Of a stretch of 32,000 nt of DNA, positions 1 to 8,175 are shown one piece after another (the stretch's first letter is position 1; every line of letters starts with the position of its first letter). The stretch lies in NCBI GenBank assembly GCA_001029695.1, contig CP011211.1:960001-992000 (forward strand), written 5' to 3'. Made by a program: the position numbers and the translations under genes. This DNA is from Candidatus Saccharimonadota bacterium. Its GTDB lineage: Bacteria > Patescibacteriota > Saccharimonadia > Saccharimonadales > Saccharimonadaceae. The notes beneath the pieces are model-generated. The model saw only the letters and a program-made list of their open reading frames with translations, made no database searches and was not told the origin of the DNA.

Positions 1-1
1 T

Positions 2-481
2 TTAGGTATTTTGACCTCCGCACGACTTGTTTATTTTTATCGACATATTATGGAAGATTATGATCGAATGCAGTTTGCTTACGAAGCATTACGGCAAGTA
101 GGTAAAGCTAGTGAAACACTTGATGAGCCTGAGTGGTATGACATTATAACTGAAGTATTGATGGGGCTTGATGCGTCTTCAGTGGTTCTTCCGCTGACGC
201 AGGCATGGTTCTATCTTCATGTTAGTGCCATGCTTGGCTATGAACTTAATGCGCAACGTGATATTAATGACCAGAAACTGCAAGAGGGTGTGTCCTATCG
301 CTACGATAGCAATGAGCGTGGGTTTGTAGAGGCGAAAAATGGAACGATAACTACTGAACATATAAAGGTTCTTCGTCTCATAAAAGAACGACCATTGCAG
401 GTTATCGTGCAGGTTGGGGGGATTGAACAGTTGCTCGCTGAGTGTCTGTATGTGGCGCGAGAACATGCAGCCTTGTCATAA
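2..481 (+). CDS. recO: DNA repair protein RecO-like, C-terminal portion (5' end outside window)
   Basis: The frame is open to the window edge and ends at TAA 479-481. The sequence (LTQAWFYLHVSAMLGYEL...FVEAKNGTITTEHIKVLRLI) resembles the C-terminal half of RecO from memory. No zinc-finger cysteines are present. Confidence 0.5.
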   Translation, partial: LGILTSARLVYFYRHIMEDYDRMQFAYEALRQVGKASETLDEPEWYDIITEVLMGLDASSVVLPLTQAWFYLHVSAMLGYELNAQRDINDQKLQEGVSYRYDSNERGFVEAKNGTITTEHIKVLRLIKERPLQVIVQVGGIEQLLAECLYVAREHAALS

Positions 482-502
482 GGTTGCTTAAAAAAGTAAA
501 AA

Positions 503-544
503 CCTCCGCTTACATAACTTATTTTGAAATTATGTAAGCGGAGG
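503..544. terminator. Bidirectional stem-loop between convergent genes
   Basis: Perfect 15-bp inverted repeat CCTCCGCTTACATAA (503-517) / TTATGTAAGCGGAGG (530-544) with a 12-nt loop. It lies between the stop at 481 (+) and the stop at 561 (-). Confidence 0.6.
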
Positions 545-560
545 AGTACCTCCATTTCTT

Positions 561-863
561 TTAACGAGAGGGGTGACAGAGGCGGAGTAGGTCGCGAAAG
601 CATTCGCCGACGAGTCGGGGCTTCTTGCCGCAAGCTTGCCTCATCAAATTCTCGTACTGGTGTTGCCGAATACTGTCGCCACTATGGTAGGCCGCTGCCG
701 CTGCATTGACGTAGAATGATCGCCTTTGCAGGTTTGACGGTCTGAGGCGGTGGATTATGATAGCGCGGTGGTGCTGACTGGCAAATTCCAGCCGTTCAGC
801 TGGGTCTGATACGAAATCAAAACCAGCGAGTACCGGTTCGAACAAAGGATCATCCTTAATCAT
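561..863 (-). CDS. Hypothetical protein, 100 aa
   Basis: ATG at 863 is preceded on the minus strand by AGAGAGG with a 7-nt spacer (good SD), and the stop is TAA. The gene is divergent from glyQS. I recognise no family. Confidence 0.5.
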   Translation of the reverse strand: MIKDDPLFEPVLAGFDFVSDPAERLEFASQHHRAIIIHRLRPSNLQRRSFYVNAAAAAYHSGDSIRQHQYENLMRQACGKKPRLVGECFRDLLRLCHPSR

Positions 864-904
864 GATGCTACCTCTCTAAAATCTGGAAATGTACTACTAT
901 ATTT

Positions 905-922
905 ATAGCATAATTATGCTAT
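905..922. promoter_or_regulatory. 18-bp perfect palindrome in a divergent promoter region
   Basis: ATAGCATAATTATGCTAT equals its own reverse complement. Each strand reads as an extended -10-like TGCTAT(T/A)A, so it could be an operator or two overlapping divergent promoters. Confidence 0.45.
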
Positions 923-972
923 TAATACAAATAGTTCAAGAAGGGTTAGCGATCATGAAAAGTGCCGTCATC

Positions 973-981
973 TGTTATAAT
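973..981 (+). promoter_or_regulatory. Extended -10 element TGTTATAAT, 9 nt upstream of the glyQS ATG
   Basis: TGnTATAAT match at 973-981, with the ATG at 991. Only a weak AGGG lies in between. Confidence 0.45.
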
Positions 982-990
982 AGGGTAATT

Positions 991-2349
991 ATGAGTAGTC
1001 CCACCGAAAAAAACCAAGAGATGGAAAATATTGTTAGTTTAGCGAAGCGTCGCGGATTTATCTATCCAGGGTCGGATGTCTACGGTGGCCTTTCAGGGAC
1101 ATGGGATTATGGCCCTCTTGGCGTCGCGCTCAAGCGTAATATTATGCAACTATGGTGGAAAATGTTTGTTGATGATCGTGATGATATGTATGGCGTGGAT
1201 GCAGCAATCTTGATGAATCAAAATGTCTGGAAGGCGAGTGGGCATGTCGATACATTTACCGACCCACTTGTTGAGGATCTAGAAACAAAGCAACGATTCC
1301 GTGCTGATCATCTTGTAAAAGATGCTGGCTTTGCTGTCGATGGACTGTCAAATGGCGAGCTCAATGAGCTGATTATTGAAAAGCAGATCAAAAGCCCAAA
1401 TGGCAACGATCTTTCAGAAGTACGGACGTTTAATATGATGTTCCAGACGACTGTCGGGCCAGTTGCTGATGAAAAGTCGATTAGTTACTTGCGACCCGAA
1501 ACTGCACAGGGTATCTTCACTAATTACAAAAATGTTGTCGACAATTTTTATCCAGATTTGCCATTTGGCCTCGCACAGCAGGGTAAGGCATTTCGCAATG
1601 AAATCAGTCCACGTGACTTTATCTTTCGCTCACGTGAATTTGAGCAGATGGAAATCGAATATTTTGTCAATCCAGAGAACTGGGAGGAGTCATTTGAAGC
1701 GCTTCTCAAAGATATTCATAGCTACCTAGCGGCGCTAGGGCTTCCTGCTGAAAAGATCCACGAGCTCGAGGTGGACGAGAATGACCGTGCTCACTACAGT
1801 AAGCGTACAGTTGATATAGAGTTTGATTTTCCTATTGGGCGTGAAGAATTGCTTGGCCTTGCGTATCGTACTGATTTTGACCTTGGCAACATCCAGCGCG
1901 TGGCTGGAAAGAGCATGGAGTACACGATCAAGGGCACGAATACAAAATTTGTTCCTCATGTTATCGAACCATCGTTTGGTGTTGAGCGCGCACTCATGGC
2001 GGTACTGTCAGCAGCGTACACTGAAGATGAAGTAAATGGTGAAAAGCGGGTCTTCTTGAAGTTCCCAGAGCATCTCGCCCCAATACGGTATTGTGTTTCA
2101 CCGCTGTTAAAGAACAAGCCGGAGCTTGTCACAAAAGCTCGCGAAGTATATACGCTTCTCAAGAAAAAATACGGAAATGTGATGTGGGACGACAACGGAA
2201 ATATCGGCAAGCGCTATCGTCGTCAGGACGAAATCGGCACACCGTACTGTGTTGTTATTGACTTTGACACGCTTGAAAAAGATGGACTCGTCTCTATTCG
2301 TGAGCGTGATACAACTGAGCAAAAGCGCGTGGACATAGACAGCCTTTAA
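991..2349 (+). CDS. glyQS: Glycine--tRNA ligase (class II, homodimeric GlyQS type)
   Basis: Canonical N-terminus ENIVSLAKRRGFIYPGSDVYGGLSGTWDYGPLGVALKRNI, plus RPETAQGIF, FRNEISPR and EPSFGVERA motifs. I chose the start at ATG 991 rather than the ORF-track start at 889. Confidence 0.95.
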   Translation: MSSPTEKNQEMENIVSLAKRRGFIYPGSDVYGGLSGTWDYGPLGVALKRNIMQLWWKMFVDDRDDMYGVDAAILMNQNVWKASGHVDTFTDPLVEDLETKQRFRADHLVKDAGFAVDGLSNGELNELIIEKQIKSPNGNDLSEVRTFNMMFQTTVGPVADEKSISYLRPETAQGIFTNYKNVVDNFYPDLPFGLAQQGKAFRNEISPRDFIFRSREFEQMEIEYFVNPENWEESFEALLKDIHSYLAALGLPAEKIHELEVDENDRAHYSKRTVDIEFDFPIGREELLGLAYRTDFDLGNIQRVAGKSMEYTIKGTNTKFVPHVIEPSFGVERALMAVLSAAYTEDEVNGEKRVFLKFPEHLAPIRYCVSPLLKNKPELVTKAREVYTLLKKKYGNVMWDDNGNIGKRYRRQDEIGTPYCVVIDFDTLEKDGLVSIRERDTTEQKRVDIDSL

Positions 2350-2356
2350 GGTTAAA

Positions 2357-2722
2357 ATGCCTGAGAGTACGACTACTACAAAGGAGTGCCTGGCCACTTC
2401 TAAGAATGGCAGGGTGGTGTATATCGACTATGGCAATACGAATGTGACATTTCATATTCGCGAAACCTCAAACCTACTGGAACTTGTAGAAGAGGTGATT
2501 GAGCAAACGGATATCTCAGGTGAGAAAGTAGTGTTTGAGACAGATATGGGTCGAGTCGTCGGCACAACAACACTTGTTGAGACAACTGGTCGTGATGAGA
2601 TTGTATATGCAAAACGAAAAGAGCGGAATGCATATTCACGATTCGTAAAACATCGAGAAGCTGTACCGTCACAATATATTGTGGTTGCATTGAACTATAT
2701 TGCAGGTGACTATTTTCTCTGA
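2357..2722 (+). CDS. Hypothetical protein (121 aa to the first TGA; frame stays open to 2941)
   Basis: ATG lies 8 nt after the glyQS stop. The ORF ends at TGA 2720-2722, but the same frame continues for 50 codons to TGA 2873-2875 and 21 more to TAA 2939-2941. Confidence 0.5.
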   Translation: MPESTTTTKECLATSKNGRVVYIDYGNTNVTFHIRETSNLLELVEEVIEQTDISGEKVVFETDMGRVVGTTTLVETTGRDEIVYAKRKERNAYSRFVKHREAVPSQYIVVALNYIAGDYFL

Positions 2723-2940
2723 ACGGCTATGTGTGGAAGATTACTTCCTGACGACTACTATGATCCATCCGATCGACTGAAGTCAGACGGCTTCTACCAG
2801 ACACATGCTCAGGTGTACGACGAAAGTCTCATCCAGCTAGATACTGTACGGATGGATGATCTAGGGTTGTTTTGAGCCGTCCGACTCCTGGCGCCTATTT
2901 TTATAGTATCAGGTGGGGAAGAGGTGATACACTTACTTTA

Positions 2941-3138
2941 ATGAGGAATGAAAACGAAGGTGTAATTCGGCGGTGCAATAAGGCTCCTAATCACCTGGAG
3001 ATTGATCGAATTAGGACGATTGGCGGAGACGTCATAAAGGTGATCATTATGGGCGATGAGATTGCTGTCTTTACAGCACTGCCAGAGGCGGAAGCCGAAG
3101 CTACTCAAATTGAAGATGAGACAAAGAGGACGGAGTAA
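2941..3138 (+). CDS. Hypothetical small protein (65 aa) with an acidic C-terminus
   Basis: ATG 2941 overlaps TAA 2939-2941 of the upstream frame (TAATG). The stop lies 3 nt before the CYTH gene start. I recognise no family, and the ORF-track TTG start at 2872 is also possible. Confidence 0.35.
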   Translation: MRNENEGVIRRCNKAPNHLEIDRIRTIGGDVIKVIIMGDEIAVFTALPEAEAEATQIEDETKRTE

Positions 3139-3141
3139 CAT

Positions 3142-3735
3142 ATGACCCCAGAAATCGAAGTGAAATTTGCAAATGTCGACCATGAATCAGTTCGCAAGAA
3201 GCTTATCGCTGCAGGTGCTCGTCTCGTGCAGCCGATGCGGCTAATGAGACGAGTAGTATTTCATAATCAGACGCTTAAAGAAAAAAATGCGTTTATACGC
3301 GTCCGAGATGAGGGTAATAGAGTCACTGTAACGTATAAGCAGTTCGATGCGATCTCTGTCGATGGAGCTAAGGAGATCGAAACGGTTATTGACGATTTTG
3401 ATATAGCTGTTGCGCTTTTAGAGCAGACAGGTCTATCAAATGATGCGTATCAAGAAACTCGTCGAGAAACATGGCTACTTAATGGTGTAGAGGTTGTGCT
3501 TGATGAGTGGCCGTGGGTGCCGACATATATTGAAATTGAGGCTAAGACCGAAGAGGAGGTGCGTTCAGCAGCTGAGTTGTTAGGTTTTGATTGGAGTAGG
3601 GCGCTGTTTGGCGGTGTCGCGTCGATTTATATGCTCGAGTATCCTACGGTTGGGGATGAGATGCCCGAGATTATCAACCATAAGGTTGGAAAGATCCGTT
3701 TTCAGGATCCAGTGCCAACACTGTTTCTAAGATAG
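3142..3735 (+). CDS. CYTH-domain protein (triphosphate tunnel metalloenzyme family)
   Basis: N-terminal ExExK signature (PEIEVKF), followed by IRVRDEG, VTYK, EIETVIDD and VVLDEW...YIEIE. The SD GAGGACGGAG lies upstream. Confidence 0.85.
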   Translation: MTPEIEVKFANVDHESVRKKLIAAGARLVQPMRLMRRVVFHNQTLKEKNAFIRVRDEGNRVTVTYKQFDAISVDGAKEIETVIDDFDIAVALLEQTGLSNDAYQETRRETWLLNGVEVVLDEWPWVPTYIEIEAKTEEEVRSAAELLGFDWSRALFGGVASIYMLEYPTVGDEMPEIINHKVGKIRFQDPVPTLFLR

Positions 3736-3749
3736 GAGGGTATAAACAT

Positions 3750-4304
3750 ATGCGAGAAATAGAAGTAAAAGCACGATTGAAGGATATGACTTTAGTAATT
3801 GATCGTTTGACGGGTGCTGAGGTAGCGGTGAGTGACCCTGTGACACAGCGAGACCAGGTGTTTGGTCTCATTGGACAGGACGGCAGTGGGGATAATCAGC
3901 ATCCTTGGTTGCGACTTCGTACAGAAACAAAAAACAACACGACAATACATATTTTTACACTTAAAAAATCTGTTACAAGTCAATTAGACAGCATCGAGCA
4001 TGAAACGATAGTAGATGACCCTGCGGAGCTTGTCGAAATTATTGCGCAGCTTGGCTTTGAAGCATACTCTGACCTTACGAAGACACGCCGCAAAGCTAAG
4101 ATTGGTTCTATAGAGTTATGTCTTGACACTGTTGAGGGGCTCGGTAACTTCATTGAAGCCGAACAACTAACAGATGACGCCGCTGATTACGATGCTATTT
4201 CGCAGGGGTTGTGGCGTTTGCTTGAAAAGTACGGGGTATCACGGATGGACGAGGTTACTGATGGGTACGATACTCTCGAGAGGCGACAGAGAGGCCTTGA
4301 ATAA
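3750..4304 (+). CDS. CYTH-domain protein, CyaB-like (class IV adenylate cyclase/triphosphatase family)
   Basis: REIEVKARL (ExExK), WLRLRTE, FTLKK, EHETIVDD and LCLDTVEGLGNFIEAE. The SD AGGAGGG lies 7 nt upstream. Confidence 0.85.
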   Translation: MREIEVKARLKDMTLVIDRLTGAEVAVSDPVTQRDQVFGLIGQDGSGDNQHPWLRLRTETKNNTTIHIFTLKKSVTSQLDSIEHETIVDDPAELVEIIAQLGFEAYSDLTKTRRKAKIGSIELCLDTVEGLGNFIEAEQLTDDAADYDAISQGLWRLLEKYGVSRMDEVTDGYDTLERRQRGLE

Positions 4305-4305
4305 G

Positions 4306-4767
4306 ATGAATGTATCGGAGGTTATCAAAGTCCACCTTCGAGATGCACGTGTCATGCAAGTAGCAACCGTATCAAAGGATACGGGCAGGCCGTGGGTGTG
4401 TTCTGTCTATGTGGCGATGGACCCTACGAGTAATCAGTTATATTGGCTCAGTCTTCCTGGGCGTCGGCATAGTGTTGAGATTGCCGATAACGCATACGCT
4501 GCTGTTGCGCTTGTTATTGAGTCGCAGTTGCCGGTCGTGGGGGTGCAAGCTGAGGAGCATGTTGCGGTGGTACGGGACAGTACGCTTATCGAGCAAGTAA
4601 TGGAGGATTACGTCAGACGACATCATACGGGTATGTCGTATACGGATCGCTTCAAGAGCGGAAGTGTAAAGCATGTTCTTTATTGTTTTACGCCGTCACG
4701 CTTCAGTCTTTTTGATGAGCGTCAGTTTCCTGACTATTCTCCTTTAGAATGGGTGGTTGAGGCATAA
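4306..4767 (+). CDS. Pyridoxamine 5'-phosphate oxidase-like FMN-binding split-barrel protein
   Basis: VMQVATVSKDTGRPWVCSVYVAMD...LYWLSLPGRRHSVEIADNAYAAVALV matches the PNPOx-family pattern. ATG 4306 lies 1 nt after the CYTH stop. I rejected the ORF-track start at 4174 because it overlaps the previous gene. Confidence 0.6.
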   Translation: MNVSEVIKVHLRDARVMQVATVSKDTGRPWVCSVYVAMDPTSNQLYWLSLPGRRHSVEIADNAYAAVALVIESQLPVVGVQAEEHVAVVRDSTLIEQVMEDYVRRHHTGMSYTDRFKSGSVKHVLYCFTPSRFSLFDERQFPDYSPLEWVVEA

Positions 4768-4772
4768 GAAGC

Positions 4773-4802
4773 TTGTCGCTAACACTTGTGAGATGGTAAA
4801 CT
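4773..4802 (+). promoter_or_regulatory. Promoter TTGTCG-18 nt-(TGg)TAAACT, 6 nt upstream of ATG 4809
   Basis: -35-like element at 4773-4778 and extended -10 TGGTAAACT at 4794-4802. No SD lies before the ATG. Confidence 0.45.
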
Positions 4803-4808
4803 ATATAC

Positions 4809-5108
4809 ATGAAAGCACTATGGAACAATACAGTCATTGCAGAAGCGCCCGAACAAGATCTTATTAAAATTGAGGGAAACTGGTATTTTCCACCTGAAAG
4901 TATAAACAGGCAGTACCTCAAGCCAAGTTATGAGACTTCAGAGTGCGTATGGAAGGGTACAGCAAGCTATCATGATGTCGTTGTTGACGATGAGAGAAGT
5001 GAAGCTGCTGCATGGTATTACCATGAGCCAAACGACAGCGCGATAGCTCGTGTTGGTAAGGATTTTACTGACTACATCGCGTTTTGGCGTGGCGTTGAAG
5101 TAGCGTAG
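4809..5108 (+). CDS. DUF427 domain protein
   Basis: IKIEGNWYFPPESI...SECVWKGTASYHDV...AAWYYHEP is the typical DUF427 pattern. Confidence 0.8.
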   Translation: MKALWNNTVIAEAPEQDLIKIEGNWYFPPESINRQYLKPSYETSECVWKGTASYHDVVVDDERSEAAAWYYHEPNDSAIARVGKDFTDYIAFWRGVEVA

Positions 5109-5111
5109 TCT

Positions 5112-5561
5112 GTGATTACGTACTACACTGACGGCAGCGCAAGCCCTAATCCAGGTCCTGGAGGATTTTCGGTTATAAAAGAAAAGCAACCGTATATCTT
5201 AGGTGGCGAACCAAGCGGCGCAGTGACGACGAATATTCGTATGGAAGGTCTTGCGATCGTAGCAGCGCTAACTGATGCAGGTGGCGAACCATGCCAGATC
5301 TATACAGATAGTGAATTCTGGATTAATGTCATTACAAAATGGGCACCCGGCTGGGCTGCAAAGGGTTGGAAGAAAAAGGGTGGCGAAATCAAAAATATTG
5401 ATATTGTGCAGCAAGCATACCAACTGTACCAAGACTCACAAGCGACCCTGACGTGGGTGAGAGGTCATGAGGGTGATGAGGGTAACGAACTTGCAGATGA
5501 GTGGGCAAATAAAGCTCGTGAACGCCACGAAACTATGCCGATTAGGGTCTCTGAGCTCTAG
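5112..5561 (+). CDS. rnhA: Ribonuclease HI
   Basis: YTDGSASPNPGPGG, MEGLA, YTDSEF, WVRGHEG..GNELADEWA (DEDD catalytic set). The start codon is GTG. Confidence 0.9.
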   Translation: MITYYTDGSASPNPGPGGFSVIKEKQPYILGGEPSGAVTTNIRMEGLAIVAALTDAGGEPCQIYTDSEFWINVITKWAPGWAAKGWKKKGGEIKNIDIVQQAYQLYQDSQATLTWVRGHEGDEGNELADEWANKARERHETMPIRVSEL

Positions 5562-5578
5562 CGTACTTTACCTTTGCC

Positions 5579-5584
5579 CATAAT
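5579..5584 (+). promoter_or_regulatory. -10-like CATAAT, 6 nt upstream of ATG 5591
   Basis: The hexamer is followed by gtcgtt and then the ATG, with no SD. Confidence 0.3.
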
Positions 5585-5590
5585 GTCGTT

Positions 5591-7204
5591 ATGCTTATAT
5601 ATATGCGTCAAACTATTCTTCGTGCTGTAGTCCTGAGTAGCCTACTTATTACAAGCCTTATTGGTATTCAGATCCTCGGTTCGCCGACGGCAGCCGCAGT
5701 AGCTTCAGACCCTAAAATGTTCGTCAGCGGCGACAACACGTTCTACGCGTACGTAAAAAGTGGCGAGACGGTGGGTGCGAATTTTTTGAAGAGTGCTCAG
5801 GTTGAACCGCTCGGTCTTCCGGCGGTTGATATTGCCGTAACACTTGAAGGCCCAGGTGTGCCTCAGAAAAAATGCATGATTGCTAAAGATGTGGCGACTG
5901 GTCAGGGCTGCGGCTTTAAGGATGTTATCGCGCCAAAAAGTGGTATTTGGCGAATTCAATTTGACGTTCCAGATACGGGCCAACTATATCCTCAGGTCTC
6001 ACCGACTGTGCGCTGGAATCGTAATATGTTTAGCTGGAGCATAGCTGTTGCGGACAGTGCGGGTGAAAAGAAAGGTCGGGTGTGGTCAGAGCTATATTCG
6101 ATTCGTCAGCCGATTGAAGCGGGGTATGATACGAATCTTCTCTATTATTATGTGAGTGAGAGTGGGTATGTCTATAGGGCAACCTATAAAGGGTATAATG
6201 GACAAATATCGACGTTGTCTGCAGATGCTTTTGGTATTCGTCAGGGTGAAACGTGTATGTCAGCGTATCAGAGTGTCACCGTAGACGACGCGAAGATGTC
6301 ACCGGCATTTGGAACATGTGGCGGAAGCTATAAGCTGTTTTTTGAGCAGCCTTCTGGTGATCTTCCAAAAAATGCAGAAAAGTGGGATGAAAAGAATGAC
6401 TGGATTTCTCCTGCTGTTAGTCGGCCAGTTGTCTCTGATCTCTCTTTCGAACAAGACCAAGCGGGAGATATGCAATCTGGGAAGATTAGCTTTTTGTTAA
6501 AAAATTATATCGGTCAGTTTGATATCAAGATAGATACAAATAATGATGGTAATTTTGATGCTACAGAGGATGTGAAAATTATTCATCAAATCAAAAAACT
6601 CGATAGCGGTCGTCAGGAGATCCAATTTAAGGGTATGAATGGTGATGGTCAGCCGGTACCAAAGTCTCAGAGAATTGGTATCAAGATTGATATTGCTAAG
6701 GTTGCGGAAATTCATCTCGTTAACGCTGACGTTGAGGGGAGAATAGATGGCCTTGAAATCGTACGTATGAATGGAGATAATGCTCCGTCGAGTCGTATGT
6801 GCTGGGATGATACAAAACTAGCAGCGATCGATAACCAAGCGCTCAAAACTGAGAAAACTGACGGACGACTTTGTCCCGATAGTACGGGCGGTGTTCACGG
6901 ATGGGCCTACGGAACTGGTTCCTGGGGCGATATGCGCTATATTGATGATTGGGCGTATGCGTCGGCAAAGGTTGACGGTACGGCTAAAATTCTCTTTCCG
7001 TTGAACGAGGAAGAGATGACTGCTGTAGTTAAAAAGAATAATACAGCACTCATCATAGCTATAGTTAGTGGAGCCCTTGTCTTGGCTATAGTCGGAGTCG
7101 TAGTGACGATTGTCGTCAAAAAGAAGCGCCGCGCTGCAGCGATTCGTGCAGCTCAGGCAGCGCAAATTCCTCCTGAACAATACCTGCCGTCACAGTATAA
7201 TTAG
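5591..7204 (+). CDS. Secreted surface protein with a C-terminal TM anchor (537 aa)
   Basis: N-terminal signal peptide (LRAVVLSSLLITSLIGIQILGSPTAAAVAS) and a C-terminal hydrophobic helix plus KKKRRAAA stop-transfer. An internal DTNNDGNFDATED motif looks calcium-binding. No LPXTG motif is present. Confidence 0.7.
   Translation: MLIYMRQTILRAVVLSSLLITSLIGIQILGSPTAAAVASDPKMFVSGDNTFYAYVKSGETVGANFLKSAQVEPLGLPAVDIAVTLEGPGVPQKKCMIAKDVATGQGCGFKDVIAPKSGIWRIQFDVPDTGQLYPQVSPTVRWNRNMFSWSIAVADSAGEKKGRVWSELYSIRQPIEAGYDTNLLYYYVSESGYVYRATYKGYNGQISTLSADAFGIRQGETCMSAYQSVTVDDAKMSPAFGTCGGSYKLFFEQPSGDLPKNAEKWDEKNDWISPAVSRPVVSDLSFEQDQAGDMQSGKISFLLKNYIGQFDIKIDTNNDGNFDATEDVKIIHQIKKLDSGRQEIQFKGMNGDGQPVPKSQRIGIKIDIAKVAEIHLVNADVEGRIDGLEIVRMNGDNAPSSRMCWDDTKLAAIDNQALKTEKTDGRLCPDSTGGVHGWAYGTGSWGDMRYIDDWAYASAKVDGTAKILFPLNEEEMTAVVKKNNTALIIAIVSGALVLAIVGVVVTIVVKKKRRAAAIRAAQAAQIPPEQYLPSQYN
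7196..7201 (+). promoter_or_regulatory. TATAAT hexamer, 6 nt upstream of the yaaA ATG
   Basis: The TATAAT is embedded in the last codons of the upstream gene. ATG is at 7208 and there is no SD. Confidence 0.35.
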
Positions 7205-7207
7205 GCT

Positions 7208-7975
7208 ATGTATACAATTCTTGCCCCCTCAAAGACGCTGGAGTTATCGGCATCACTCCCAAGTTGGGTTGAGTCGACCAGACCTATTTTTTCCGTTCAA
7301 GCTAAAGAGATTCACGAGCAACTATTGAGTATGGCCGAGGCGGATATTACGAAACTTATGAAAATTAGCGCTAGTAAATCCGAAGAAGTGCAGCGATATT
7401 TACAAAGCTGGGAGAGTACTCCTTCGCGCTCTGCGGTATATACCTATAGAGGAGATGTCTATAAGGGCTTCTACGTTGATACGCTAGATGAGCCTGCTAT
7501 GCTATGGGCACAACGACACATCGGTATTATGAGTGGACTTTATGGCATTCTTCGCCCACTTGATGACATGTCGCCATATCGCCTTGAAATGGGATTAAAG
7601 TTGCCTGTTGGCAAAGCAAAAAACCTTTATGAGTATTGGGGCGATAAATTGGCGCGTTATGTGGATAGCCAAGCGGACGGTACTATCTGCGTCCTGTCTT
7701 CTGAAGAGTATGCAAAACCTGTTACAAAATTTAGTCAATCTCGAATTATTATCCCTGTATTTATGGATCATAAGCCAAATGGAACGGTGGGGCAGGTGCC
7801 AATCTATAGCAAGATGATGCGTGGAGTAATGGCGCGGTGGATAATTGATAACCGCATCGATGACGCCATCGGATTAAAAGAGTTTACTGGATTTGATTAT
7901 AGGTACGATAAAGATCGTAGTTCATCTGATAGACCAGTTTTTGTGCGTTCAACTATGAAGCCGTTAGTGTTTTAA
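7208..7975 (+). CDS. yaaA: YaaA-family peroxide stress protein (UPF0246)
   Basis: ILAPSKT at the N-terminus and SGLYGILRPLDDMSPYRLEM are hallmark YaaA motifs. Confidence 0.9.
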   Translation: MYTILAPSKTLELSASLPSWVESTRPIFSVQAKEIHEQLLSMAEADITKLMKISASKSEEVQRYLQSWESTPSRSAVYTYRGDVYKGFYVDTLDEPAMLWAQRHIGIMSGLYGILRPLDDMSPYRLEMGLKLPVGKAKNLYEYWGDKLARYVDSQADGTICVLSSEEYAKPVTKFSQSRIIIPVFMDHKPNGTVGQVPIYSKMMRGVMARWIIDNRIDDAIGLKEFTGFDYRYDKDRSSSDRPVFVRSTMKPLVF

Positions 7976-7987
7976 GTGCGCTATTCA

Positions 7988-7996
7988 TGATACGAT
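7988..7996 (+). promoter_or_regulatory. Extended -10 TGATACGAT upstream of the riboswitch
   Basis: TGnTAnnnT match. The predicted transcription start falls a few nt before riboswitch P1 (8014). Confidence 0.4.
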
Positions 7997-8013
7997 AGTA
8001 TTGTTAACAACCT

Positions 8014-8118
8014 AAATATCAAGAGTCTAGCGAGGGATACTGGCCCTACGACCTAGCGGCAACCGGGTGGAAACATCACGGTGCTACTTCCAGCCTGACG
8101 TAGTTCAGGAAGATATTT
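8014..8118 (+). promoter_or_regulatory. SAM-I (S-box) riboswitch aptamer upstream of metK
   Basis: P1 pairs AAATATC (8014-8020) with GATATTT (8112-8118). Conserved S-box blocks are present in the correct order: ATCAAGAG, GCGAGGGA, CTGGCCC, GCGGCAACC and ACGGTGCTACTTCCAGC. A P4 hairpin pairs CCTGA with TCAGG. Confidence 0.9.
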
Positions 8119-8175
8119 TTCTTTTTATAGAAGTATTCTTTCTGAATGCCAATGGGTAGATAGAAAGGATTTTTT

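Noticed and set aside
835-843. tRNA T-loop-like GGTTCGAAC
   Set aside because: No acceptor, D or anticodon arms can be drawn around it, and it lies inside a supported CDS.
889-990. N-terminal extension of the glyQS ORF (ORF-track start at 889)
   Set aside because: The extension (MYYYIYSIIMLLIQ...) is AT-rich and not protein-like, and it overlaps the intergenic palindrome and the extended -10. The conserved GlyRS N-terminus begins just after ATG 991.
4174-4305. Upstream extension of the PNPOx-like ORF
   Set aside because: It lies entirely inside the second CYTH gene in another frame. ATG 4306 right after the CYTH stop gives a family-typical N-terminus.
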